Positions 9,172-17,698 of a stretch of 24,745 nt of DNA are shown here, piece after piece. The translations under genes and the position numbers were made by a program. The notes beneath the pieces are model-generated. The model saw only the letters and a program-made list of their open reading frames with translations, had not been told where the DNA came from and ran no database searches. The DNA comes from a virus (lineage: Duplodnaviria; Heunggongvirae; Uroviricota; Caudoviricetes), in the IMG/VR virus record IMGVR_UViG_3300017917_003727. The stretch is one strand, 5' to 3'. Position 1 is the first letter of the stretch. Each line of letters starts with the position of its first letter.

Positions 9172-9720
9172 ATGATTGAAAACATACATCTATGGTCTGC
9201 CGATAGAGGAACCTATTTTGATAGAAATGTTAACATAATTTCTTGGAGTGACCAATACAAAATAAACACAGGAAAATACTGTTCAATCGGAAGAGATTGT
9301 AATTTCTTTTTACACGCCAATCACAGAGTTGATTGGATAACAACAAGTTCACAATTGTGGGGTCCTGTAACACCTGAGGTTGCTGACTTACACATGCAAA
9401 TGGGTCATCCTGAATCTAAAGGTGATATTGTAATTGGTAATGATGTTTGGATTGGGGCTAAATCTACAATAATGTCTGGTGTTAAAATTGGTGATGGGGT
9501 TGTTATCGGTTCAGGTTCTGTAGTTGCAAAAGATGTTCCACCTTATGCGATTGTTGTTGGAAATCCCGCCAAAGTAATTAAATACCGTTTTGAAGAACAA
9601 CAGATTAAAGACCTATTAGAGATTGCTTGGTGGAATTGGCCCGAACACAAAATTAAAGAAGAAGCAATGTTATTGTGGAGTAAAGACATAAATTATTTTA
9701 TAGACAAACATAAAAAATGA
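9172..9720 (+). CDS. CatB/Vat-related hexapeptide O-acetyltransferase, probably acting on a sugar
   Basis: [61 protein letters not shown]. Confidence 0.85.
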   Translation: MIENIHLWSADRGTYFDRNVNIISWSDQYKINTGKYCSIGRDCNFFLHANHRVDWITTSSQLWGPVTPEVADLHMQMGHPESKGDIVIGNDVWIGAKSTIMSGVKIGDGVVIGSGSVVAKDVPPYAIVVGNPAKVIKYRFEEQQIKDLLEIAWWNWPEHKIKEEAMLLWSKDINYFIDKHKK

Positions 9721-10559
9721 TAAACATAACTTATAATTCAGAAGGTATAAGAGTCGATGTTGGTGAAATTAGTAAATACAACAATAACAATCCCTTAAGA
9801 CTCAGAATATTAAAACATGTCAGTGGTGAAGAACAATGGGTTACAAACCTTAATGACTTTTGGTTTGCAACATTTCCAAATACAGAGATGTTCGATGTTC
9901 AAATAACAGACTCAAGAGGTGTTGTTGTGTATGAAAAATTTTGGGATGTATTTGAACACGGAAACCATTTTTATAAATCACTTTGGTTATATAATAAAAA
10001 AGTCTTATCAAATGGTAAGTTACCAAAAGGTTTGGTAATTGGTACACATGATGGTGAGTTTGGTGAGTGGGTTCCTATTGTTTTAAGAAGAGAAGCAAAT
10101 GTTGTTTTGGTTGAGGCATCTGACGCTCAATTTAATAAGTTATCAAATAACTACAAAAATAATTCATTAGTAAAACCAATAAAAAATTTAATAACACCTA
10201 ATGGTGGTGATGTTGAGTTCTTTGAAGGTGGTGCTGGTTACACAAATACTGTTGTTGAAAAGGTGATAAGACATTGGGAAACCGAAGAAGTACATTCAAC
10301 ACTAAAACCGTCAATCAGTATTACTGATTTAATATTAAATGAGTGTGGTGGAAGTATTGATTGGTTACACTTAGATGTGGAAGGTTTGGATGCAAAATTG
10401 ATTATGGGTATTGACGAAAATAAAGTTAAATTACCTGATTTTATAATTTTTGAGGATTATAATTTATCTTCAGAAGAAAAAGAACAAATATATACATATC
10501 TACATGATAGAGGATATAAAACTAAATCCGAAGGTGGAATCTGTGAGGCAATAAGATGA
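9717..10559 (+). CDS. Divergent FkbM-family methyltransferase with an N-terminal beta-rich module
   Basis: [44 protein letters not shown] overlap. Confidence 0.75.
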   Translation: MINITYNSEGIRVDVGEISKYNNNNPLRLRILKHVSGEEQWVTNLNDFWFATFPNTEMFDVQITDSRGVVVYEKFWDVFEHGNHFYKSLWLYNKKVLSNGKLPKGLVIGTHDGEFGEWVPIVLRREANVVLVEASDAQFNKLSNNYKNNSLVKPIKNLITPNGGDVEFFEGGAGYTNTVVEKVIRHWETEEVHSTLKPSISITDLILNECGGSIDWLHLDVEGLDAKLIMGIDENKVKLPDFIIFEDYNLSSEEKEQIYTYLHDRGYKTKSEGGICEAIR

Positions 10560-10945
10560 TTAGTAATACAAAAATATATATAGACCAAAGTCCCGTTCAT
10601 GGATGGGGAGTTTTTGCAAAACAAGATATTAAAAGTGGGGAATTAATTGAAGAATGTCCCGTTTTAACTTTACCAATATCAAAAGGGGAGGTAACACCAT
10701 TATTAATTGATTATAGATTCAATTGGCCACAAGGTACCGAATGGGAAGAACAAGTAATTGCCTTGGGGTACGGTTCATTGTATAATCACAGTAATACGCC
10801 AAACGCAATATGGGTGTCAAGTGACACAAAAAAGTGTTTTATATTCTACGCAACAAGAGACATTAAAGAAGGTGAGGAAATATTTGTTTGGTATGGTGAT
10901 GAAAATTATTGGAACGATGGAAGAACACACACAAATCTTATCTGA
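10556..10945 (+). CDS. Stand-alone SET-domain protein-lysine methyltransferase
   Basis: SPVHGWGVFAKQDIKSGELIEE, GYGSLYNHSNTPNA (NHS motif), ATRDIKEGEEIFVWYG. Confidence 0.92.
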   Translation: MISNTKIYIDQSPVHGWGVFAKQDIKSGELIEECPVLTLPISKGEVTPLLIDYRFNWPQGTEWEEQVIALGYGSLYNHSNTPNAIWVSSDTKKCFIFYATRDIKEGEEIFVWYGDENYWNDGRTHTNLI

Positions 10946-10948
10946 TGG

Positions 10949-10955
10949 TATTTAT
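10949..10955 (+). promoter_or_regulatory. TATTTAT motif (putative late promoter element)
   Basis: 5 nt before ATG 10961. The same motif precedes 13282, 14481(-), 14584 and 20087; the variant TATTTAC precedes 12049. Confidence 0.45.
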
Positions 10956-10960
10956 TGTAA

Positions 10961-12034
10961 ATGCCAAATCCAATTAAGTATAACACAAGTACAGAAAATT
11001 TATCACTAAAAAAAGGAAACTTTTGGATAGGTAATGGTTCGGTTGATAAAGGACCAACTTCTACAACTGGTTTCTATAACGGAATAACTCCACCTTCAGG
11101 TGGTTATACCATTTATGTAAACAAAGCAACTGGTGGCCCAAGTATCATGGTTGCAAACAATGATGCTAGTTTAATTACTATTACCAATTCTATTGCAGGT
11201 GCTAATTACACAACAGTCGCTCAATGTTTCTCATATTATAATTCACAAAATGATAAATTGTGTGTAAATCAAGATTTCCCTACCGATTACCCTTATATTG
11301 TTCTTGATGGACTTTATATGTATTTAGATGCTGGTGTATCTTTAAGTTACCCTGGCTCAGGAACTGTTTGGACTGATGTTAATGGATTGAGAACAAAAAA
11401 TAATAGTACATTAACTAATGGACCAACATATAACTCAGGTTTTGGTGGACATTTAACTTTTGATGGTTCTAATGATTATATTTCGGTAACTCCATCACAA
11501 GGTATTGATGTTGGTGTTAATTTCTCAATACAAACATGGGTAAAAATAACTAGATGGGGTGGAGGACCTAATTGGAATAGAGGTAGTATTGTTACAAATT
11601 CATACCCATATCAAAACGGAAAAGGATTTTGGATATCATGTACAAGTCAAGCTAGTGCAGCACAAGGTTTCATAGCAACACCAGGGTTAGAATCTTTTTT
11701 TATGAGTATGGGTGGTGATGAATATTGTGTTGCACCAACACCTGGAAGTTTATCGGCATACACAAATAGTTGGTTTAATTTGGGTGTAAGTTGTAATGGT
11801 ACAAATCCATTGAAATGTTATATAAACGGTGTCCAACCAACAACATATGGTTGTCAGTCAAATGGACCATCATCTTATTCATATGATTCAGGTCCATTTT
11901 CATTAGGAAATAGAAACAATAATGATGAGTATTTGAGTGGTTCTATTGCTAATTTTATGATGTACAACAGAACTATGTCTGATGCAGAATTTTTACAAAA
12001 CTTTAATGCTCAAAAATCAAGATTTGGTTATTAA
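10961..12034 (+). CDS. LamG/concanavalin-A-like lectin domain virion protein (paralog 1)
   Basis: GLYMYLDAGVSLSYPGSGTVWTD, LTNGPTY, FDGSNDY, FSIQTWVK, LKCYING, GSIANFMMYNRTMSDAEFLQNFNAQKSRFG. The N-terminal ~105 aa are shared with 12314..13267. Confidence 0.85.
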   Translation: MPNPIKYNTSTENLSLKKGNFWIGNGSVDKGPTSTTGFYNGITPPSGGYTIYVNKATGGPSIMVANNDASLITITNSIAGANYTTVAQCFSYYNSQNDKLCVNQDFPTDYPYIVLDGLYMYLDAGVSLSYPGSGTVWTDVNGLRTKNNSTLTNGPTYNSGFGGHLTFDGSNDYISVTPSQGIDVGVNFSIQTWVKITRWGGGPNWNRGSIVTNSYPYQNGKGFWISCTSQASAAQGFIATPGLESFFMSMGGDEYCVAPTPGSLSAYTNSWFNLGVSCNGTNPLKCYINGVQPTTYGCQSNGPSSYSYDSGPFSLGNRNNNDEYLSGSIANFMMYNRTMSDAEFLQNFNAQKSRFGY

Positions 12035-12048
12035 AAATATTTACAAAC

Positions 12049-12312
12049 ATGATTAATGATGAACTATATATAATTTTTGATGTATCTGAAATAAATAAGA
12101 TAGATTTTAATCAAGTAGAAGAAACATCAGAAAATACACTAAGAAAATCCGTAAATAAATTAAAAACATTTGTCAAATGGGTTGGAAGTACTCCAACATG
12201 TGTTCAAAATTTGACAACTAAAGTTGGACCGTATACACATGAACAAATGTCCATTATCTTATCAACCACTGAATGGTCAAGTAATTCTGGACCAATAGGT
12301 TATTGTCAATAA
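12049..12312 (+). CDS. Small hypothetical protein adjoining the LamG genes (possible fibre accessory/chaperone)
   Basis: 87-aa ORF between the two LamG paralogs with TATTTAC 4 nt upstream; sequence YIIFDVSE..IDF.QV.ETS..TLRKS...TFVKW...GPYTHE. Confidence 0.75.
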   Translation: MINDELYIIFDVSEINKIDFNQVEETSENTLRKSVNKLKTFVKWVGSTPTCVQNLTTKVGPYTHEQMSIILSTTEWSSNSGPIGYCQ

Positions 12313-12313
12313 A

Positions 12314-13267
12314 ATGCCAAACGTCTTTAAATATACAACAGGAACTGCACCAACAAATACTCTAAAAAAAGGGAACTTTTATGTTGGTAATAACGTTGCC
12401 GATTATGGGTCAACATTTTATACAGGAATATCACCAGCTTCAGGTGGTTACACGATATATCAAAACAAAGCGGCTAACGGTCCATCAATATATGTTGCCG
12501 CAAATGATGCTGAACTTATAAGCTTTACAAATCATATTGCTAATACATCTTATAATACAGTTACACAATGTTTTAATTATTTCGCTGGACAATCTGACAA
12601 AATGGTTGTCCAAAGAGATTACGAAGAAATTGTAAGTAATGGATTGATGTTAAATTTGGATGCTGGTTATATACCATCATATCCACAAAATGGCACTTCA
12701 TGGTACGATATAAGTCTTAGTGGTAATAATTCAGTTTTAACGAATGGACCAACTTTTAATACATCAAATGGTGGTTCTATAGTATTTGATGGTTCAGATG
12801 ATTATGTCAATGTAAACTCAGGTGCTAGTTTATTATCTAATGTTAATTACACTAAAATAGCTTGGTTTTATGTGACAAATTTTGCAACAGCTAATAATAT
12901 AATTTCAGGTGGTAATACAGGGCAACATGCTTTTTGGTTATTTACCTCTAATAAATTAAATGCAGGACACAATGGAAATTGGAATACTGTTGTAAGCACC
13001 ACCACTTTATCGTTAAACACTTGGTATTGTGGGGCGGTAACATTTAATACAACTAATGGTTGGAAATTATATTTAAACGGTACCCAAGAGGCGACATCTG
13101 TAAGTACAACAACATTTACAGGAACTGGAGATATACAATTAGGTAGATATCAAACAGGTAATAACTACACAGGAAGAATCGCTATTGCACAAGTATACAA
13201 TAGAGTATTATCTGGTGCTGAAATTTTACAAAACTATAATGCACAAAAATCGAGATTTGGTTTGTAA
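12314..13267 (+). CDS. LamG/concanavalin-A-like lectin domain virion protein (paralog 2)
   Basis: GLMLNLDAG...SYPQNGTSWYD, LTNGPTF, FDGSDDY, WYCGAVTF, WKLYLNG, GRIAIAQVYNRVLSGAEILQNYNAQKSRFG. Confidence 0.85.
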   Translation: MPNVFKYTTGTAPTNTLKKGNFYVGNNVADYGSTFYTGISPASGGYTIYQNKAANGPSIYVAANDAELISFTNHIANTSYNTVTQCFNYFAGQSDKMVVQRDYEEIVSNGLMLNLDAGYIPSYPQNGTSWYDISLSGNNSVLTNGPTFNTSNGGSIVFDGSDDYVNVNSGASLLSNVNYTKIAWFYVTNFATANNIISGGNTGQHAFWLFTSNKLNAGHNGNWNTVVSTTTLSLNTWYCGAVTFNTTNGWKLYLNGTQEATSVSTTTFTGTGDIQLGRYQTGNNYTGRIAIAQVYNRVLSGAEILQNYNAQKSRFGL

Positions 13268-13281
13268 TTATATTTATTAAT

Positions 13282-13368
13282 ATGTCAAACCAATTTGAAA
13301 ATAGAGGGCTCATTATTTTTAATTTAATTTCAACAATTTTGACAACAACTGAATTTACAAACCAATAA
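13282..13368 (+). pseudogene. 28-aa internally deleted remnant or mini-paralog of the 12049..12312 gene
   Basis: Translates to MSNQFENRGLIIFNLISTILTTTEFTNQ*. LIIFN resembles YIIFD near the start of the 87-aa protein, and ISTILTTTEF resembles MSIILSTTEW near its end. Same position after a LamG gene, with TATTTAT 4 nt upstream. Confidence 0.55.
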
Positions 13369-13372
13369 AATT

Positions 13373-14305
13373 ATGGCAACTACAAGACCCTTTGCATATA
13401 ATACAGGTTCAACAATAAGTGGAACTGACCAATTGGGAAATTTGGCTATTGGTGTTTCCGCTCAAGAGTATTCCAAAAATATTGGTGGTGTAAAGTGGTG
13501 GATGGGCCCTGATGAGGACTTAGGTTATGTAATTGCACACCAAACCACAAGTGGTAATCAACCAAATCCATTATCTGTACCAGCTTATTTAGGTTTTTGG
13601 AGAACCCCAAGTAAAACAGACCAAGAATTTATTAACCTATCACAGTATGTTTCAAGAGAACATGGTTCACCTCAAATATTCTCTGATACTTCCCAAGCTA
13701 AAACTTGGTTGAATAATAATGGGTATTGGACCTCATATGTTGCTGTACCACCAACTCCATCTGTTACACCAACCATAACACCATCAATTACACCATCAGT
13801 TACACCAACTAAGACAGTTACACCATCAATTACACCGACAATAACACCATCACCATCACAAACCGCTTACACATATTATAGATGGCAAATAACCGAAGCC
13901 AAGACAATGCCACCTAATGCGAACTGCGTTCAGGCTGCGGAATTTGTTTTCAGACTAAATGGTGTAGACCAAAGTATGGCGGGAGTTACAGTCACAAATC
14001 CAAGTGGTAATAATCCAGTTGGTGAAGAACCATCAAAATTAGTGGACGGTAACTTGAATACAAAGGCCTTAGATTTGAATTTTGTTAGTAATGGTAATGT
14101 TACCAACTTTATATTCCAATTTGGAAGTGCGAAAGCATTTAATGGATACAGATGGGCAACTGCGAATGATGAAGAAAGTAGAGACCCTAAGTCGTGGACA
14201 ATTGCGGGAAGTAATAATGGTACAACTTGGACAACTCTACATACAGTTTCAGGATTTGCTGCCACAACAACTAGAAACACTTATCAAACAGCACAAACGT
14301 ACTAA
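13373..14305 (+). CDS. Virion protein: N-terminal anchor-like module, Pro/Thr/Ser linker, C-terminal discoidin (F5/8 type C, CBM32-like) domain
   Basis: Linker PPTPSVTPTITPSITPSVTPTKTVTPSITPTITPSPS at about 13747-13860. C-domain: NPVGEEPSKLVDGNLNTK...YRWATAND...RDPKSWTIAGSNNGTTWTTL. Confidence 0.8.
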   Translation: MATTRPFAYNTGSTISGTDQLGNLAIGVSAQEYSKNIGGVKWWMGPDEDLGYVIAHQTTSGNQPNPLSVPAYLGFWRTPSKTDQEFINLSQYVSREHGSPQIFSDTSQAKTWLNNNGYWTSYVAVPPTPSVTPTITPSITPSVTPTKTVTPSITPTITPSPSQTAYTYYRWQITEAKTMPPNANCVQAAEFVFRLNGVDQSMAGVTVTNPSGNNPVGEEPSKLVDGNLNTKALDLNFVSNGNVTNFIFQFGSAKAFNGYRWATANDEESRDPKSWTIAGSNNGTTWTTLHTVSGFAATTTRNTYQTAQTY

Positions 14306-14310
14306 AGAAT

Positions 14311-14481
14311 TTATTTCTTTTTATTATTAATTTGATTGTAAGTGCGCATCAATTTCAAACTATCCTTATAATTTTTTTCCAATCTTTCAAGTTCTTTTTC
14401 ACTTACGTTTCTTTCTAAAGCAGAATTGTACGCTTCCTCAGATTCTTTTATTAACTTTTCTATAGTTTTTAATAGTTTCAT
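14311..14481 (-). CDS. 56-aa charged helical hypothetical protein (not in the ORF track)
   Basis: MKLLKTIEKLIKESEEAYNSALERNVSEKELERLEKNYKDSLKLMRTYNQINNKKK*. It fills the gap between + genes, with TATTTAT 6 nt upstream on the - strand and TATCTTTG further upstream. Confidence 0.7.
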   Translation of the reverse strand: MKLLKTIEKLIKESEEAYNSALERNVSEKELERLEKNYKDSLKLMRTYNQINNKKK

Positions 14482-14503
14482 TTTACTATAAATATATTCA
14501 ACA

Positions 14504-14511
14504 CAAAGATA
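14504..14511 (-). promoter_or_regulatory. Bacteroidota-type -7 promoter element (TAnnTTTG)
   Basis: + strand CAAAGATA reads TATCTTTG on the - strand, 22 nt before ATG 14481. The nearest TTTG (-33 candidate, 14537-14540) is 25 nt away, longer than the usual spacing of about 19-21 nt. Confidence 0.45.
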
Positions 14512-14583
14512 AAAACTGGTCCCGTTCTTATATTCACAAACATTTCAAAAACCATATTATTAAGAAAAACCTTTTTATTTATA

Positions 14584-15849
14584 ATGAAAACCAAAAAAAA
14601 CTCAAAAATTTTTGTTCAAATTGCATCCTATAGGGACCCACAATTAAGACACACAATTGCAGACATGATTAAAAACGCCAAAAGACCTGAAAAACTAGTT
14701 ATTGGTGTTGCAAGACAGTTTAATGAAGAAGATGGTTTTGATGACTTATCTGATTATCAAGATGACGAAAGATTTAGAATATTAAATATTCCTTATAGTG
14801 AAGCTGAGGGAGTTTGTTGGGCCCGAAATTTAGTACAACAATTATATCAAGACGAACAGTATACATTACAAATTGATTCTCATATGAGATTTGCCCCTAA
14901 TTGGGATGAAGAGATGATAAACATGATAAAACAACTACAAAAGAAAGGATACAAAAAACCACTTTTGACAGGTTATGTTTCATCATTTGACCCTGATAAT
15001 GACCCAGCAGGTAGAGTACAGGAACCTTGGAGAATGGCTTTTGACAGGTTTATTCCTGAAGGTGCTGTGTTCTTCTTACCTGAAACCATTCCGAATTGGA
15101 GAGAATTAAAAGAACCTGTACCCGCCAGATTTTACTCGGCACACTATTGTTTTACTTTGGGAGAGTTTTCAAAAGAAGTACAACACAATCCTGAATATTA
15201 TTTCCACGGAGAAGAAATTTCTATTGCCGCCAGAGCGTACACTTGGGGATATGACTTGTTTCACCCACATAAGGTTTTAATTTGGCACGAATATACTCGT
15301 AAAGGTAGAACAAAACAGTGGGACGATGATAAATTGTGGGTTTCAAGAAATAACCACTCTCATTTAACAAATAGAAAACTTTTTGGTATGGATGGAGAAA
15401 CTCAAGAAGGACATGATGGTATGTTTGGTTTTGGACCAATTAGAAGTCTTAGAGATTATGAAAAATACTCAGGTTTATTATTTGAAAAAAGAGCGGTACA
15501 ACAATACACATTAGATAAACAATATCCACCAAATCCATATGAATTCAAAAACGAAGATGAGTGGAAAAATAGTTTTGCAACCATATTCAAACACTGTATT
15601 GACGTAGGATATTCTTCAGTACCTGAGAAAGATTATGATTTTTGGGTTGTTGCTTTCCACGATGAAAATGATGAAACTATTTTTAGAAAAGATGCCGACA
15701 GAGGTGAAATCCAAAGAATGATGAATGACCCTGACGGATATTGTAAAATATGGAGAGATTTTCAAACAACACACAAACCCAAATATTGGGTTGTGTGGCC
15801 ACACTCAGAATCTAAAGGATGGTGTGAAAGATTAACAGGACAATTATAA
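14584..15849 (+). CDS. GT60-family (PF11397 GlcNAc; Gnt1-like) polypeptide GlcNAc-transferase with a C-terminal extension
   Basis: IFVQIASYRDPQL, GVCWARNLVQQLY, LQIDSHMRFAPNWD, KPLLTGY, YFHGEEISIAARAYTWGYDLFHP, WHEY. Confidence 0.85.
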   Translation: MKTKKNSKIFVQIASYRDPQLRHTIADMIKNAKRPEKLVIGVARQFNEEDGFDDLSDYQDDERFRILNIPYSEAEGVCWARNLVQQLYQDEQYTLQIDSHMRFAPNWDEEMINMIKQLQKKGYKKPLLTGYVSSFDPDNDPAGRVQEPWRMAFDRFIPEGAVFFLPETIPNWRELKEPVPARFYSAHYCFTLGEFSKEVQHNPEYYFHGEEISIAARAYTWGYDLFHPHKVLIWHEYTRKGRTKQWDDDKLWVSRNNHSHLTNRKLFGMDGETQEGHDGMFGFGPIRSLRDYEKYSGLLFEKRAVQQYTLDKQYPPNPYEFKNEDEWKNSFATIFKHCIDVGYSSVPEKDYDFWVVAFHDENDETIFRKDADRGEIQRMMNDPDGYCKIWRDFQTTHKPKYWVVWPHSESKGWCERLTGQL

Positions 15850-15853
15850 ATTT

Positions 15854-16225
15854 ATGAAAATGCCAATAAGCGAAATATTGGATAGATATTCTATCGCAAT
15901 ATTAAAAAAAGAAAGAGCTAACGCTGAGAACGAAAAAGAAATTTTTGATTTGAATAAAGAAATTGAAAATTACAAAAACATTAATGAAGAAATAATTGAA
16001 AATTACATTCAAAAACTTATTGAAATAAACGGACAAATTTGGGATTTAGAGTCAGATATTAGAAAAGGAAAAGAAGGAGTGTTAGGTCTTGAAGAGGTCG
16101 GTAGAAGAGCAATAAAAATTAGAGAGAATAACAAAATCAGAGTGACATACAAAAACGAGATTGTTGAAATTTTTGAAGAAGGTTATAAGGACATAAAAAT
16201 TAATCACGTAAGTTCAAATGACTAA
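15854..16225 (+). CDS. DUF6165-like all-helical protein
   Basis: ISEILDRYSI.ILK...LIEINGQIWDLESDIR...AIKIRENNKIRVTYKNEI pattern. The start may be the second ATG at 15860. Confidence 0.6.
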   Translation: MKMPISEILDRYSIAILKKERANAENEKEIFDLNKEIENYKNINEEIIENYIQKLIEINGQIWDLESDIRKGKEGVLGLEEVGRRAIKIRENNKIRVTYKNEIVEIFEEGYKDIKINHVSSND

Positions 16226-17030
16226 AGTAGTTGTAAGTTTAACCACCGTACCTGAAAGATTAAATCAGCCTGTTGAGGACGGGTTCAAATTAGTTTTGAA
16301 ATCAGTATGTGAACAAAACTACGATGAATATGAAGTTCATTTAAATCTACCAAACGTTTATGCGGTAACAGGTGAATTTTACCTGATACCTGATTGGTTA
16401 GATAATTATTTAGAAGAATATCAACATTTAAAATTATTTAGAACTGAAGATTTGGGTCCACCAACAAAAGTAGTCCCAACAATTCAAAGAGTTGATGGAG
16501 ATACATTAATTGTTGTGGTTGATGACGATTTAGTTTATCATCCCGATATGATTCAGGAACATGTAAAATACCACGCTCAATTACCTGACTCGGTAATTCT
16601 TTATGATGGTAGAAGTTTGGTACCACCAAAATTTTCAGACCTAAGAGATTCATGGGTTTTAACGGTGGGTGAAATATCAAGAGTAAAAGAACTCCAACAC
16701 TATAAGTCTGCATCTTATTTTGCCAAATATTTCCAAGAAGATTTCTTTACAAACTTTTTAGGACATACAAAGTCTGATGATATTTTAATGTCCTATTATT
16801 TTAAGTTCAAAAAAATTAAAATGTTTGTAGTACCATATGAACCTGAGATTGAAAAAGTCAAATCATATGATGATTGGTATTCGTATCAGGGTGTTACTAC
16901 ATTTCCTGTTTTAAGACACTCAAACAGCTTGATGAATACTGGTTGTAATCACCCAACAATGTTAGAAAAGGAACCAAAATTTTTTATTCCTGAAACATTT
17001 AAATTTATACATACATTACCAATTGATTGA
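16218..17030 (+). CDS. GT-A (GT2-like) glycosyltransferase
   Basis: VVVSLTTVPERL, VHLNLP, DLGPPTKVVPTI, IVVVDDDLVY (DxD), SDDILMS. Confidence 0.75.
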   Translation: MTKVVVSLTTVPERLNQPVEDGFKLVLKSVCEQNYDEYEVHLNLPNVYAVTGEFYLIPDWLDNYLEEYQHLKLFRTEDLGPPTKVVPTIQRVDGDTLIVVVDDDLVYHPDMIQEHVKYHAQLPDSVILYDGRSLVPPKFSDLRDSWVLTVGEISRVKELQHYKSASYFAKYFQEDFFTNFLGHTKSDDILMSYYFKFKKIKMFVVPYEPEIEKVKSYDDWYSYQGVTTFPVLRHSNSLMNTGCNHPTMLEKEPKFFIPETFKFIHTLPID

Positions 17031-17698
17031 TGAACGATTTGATAAAAATTTGGGACGAAGAACTTGTTGAAAAGCATGTTGGAACTGAAATAAAATATTT
17101 AATTGAATATTTTACTGAAAATAAAAAATTGAATTACATTGATATAGGTGCTAATGTAGGAAAGTTTTATGATGTATTATCAAAAACGTATGAACTTGGT
17201 GATGTATATATGGTAGAACCAGCACCACAGTTATTTGAATACATTAGTGAGAAGTTTAAAGACAAACCAAACTGTAGGTTATTTAATTTTGCGGTTTCCA
17301 ATAAAAACGGAGAAACATATTTTCAAACAGAATGTATTGAGGGTTCAACCATAGATAGAATTGATATGGGGGTTTCCAAAATCCACGAAACAAATAACGG
17401 ACATTTAGTTCAAACAGTTAGTGGTGAATATTTTTTAACAAAAATTGTTGAGGATTTAGAAACAATTGATTTTATTAAAATAGATACTGAAACTCACGAT
17501 TATTTGATTTTAGAATCTATAACTCCAATCATCGAAAAACTTAATAAAAAACCATTTATTTTGTTTGAACATAACTACCATTCAATGATGACAGACCAAG
17601 AAGCTGAAAAGATTATCAATGAATTCACAAGTAGGTGTGGATATGAGAATAAAGAATTTAAATCACTAAACGGTGATTGTTTTATCAAACCATTATGA
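17027..17698 (+). CDS. FkbM-family methyltransferase
   Basis: YIDIGANVG, VYMVEPAP, NFAVSN, IDFIKIDTETHD, ILFEHN. ATGA overlap. Confidence 0.85.
   Translation: MMNDLIKIWDEELVEKHVGTEIKYLIEYFTENKKLNYIDIGANVGKFYDVLSKTYELGDVYMVEPAPQLFEYISEKFKDKPNCRLFNFAVSNKNGETYFQTECIEGSTIDRIDMGVSKIHETNNGHLVQTVSGEYFLTKIVEDLETIDFIKIDTETHDYLILESITPIIEKLNKKPFILFEHNYHSMMTDQEAEKIINEFTSRCGYENKEFKSLNGDCFIKPL

Noticed and set aside
9172-9720. CatB/Vat-like gene as an antibiotic resistance determinant
   Set aside because: The fold is shared by many sugar O-acetyltransferases, and the gene is coupled inside a glycan-modification operon. Resistance cannot be claimed without high identity to a validated gene or an assay.
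10961-13267. LamG paralogs as a diversity-generating retroelement template/variable pair
   Set aside because: No reverse transcriptase is present, and the differences affect all bases with indels rather than being adenine-specific.
13930-14330. ORFs 13930..14280 (-) and 14082..14330 (+)
   Set aside because: They are shadow frames of the well-supported discoidin-domain gene and have no recognisable motifs.
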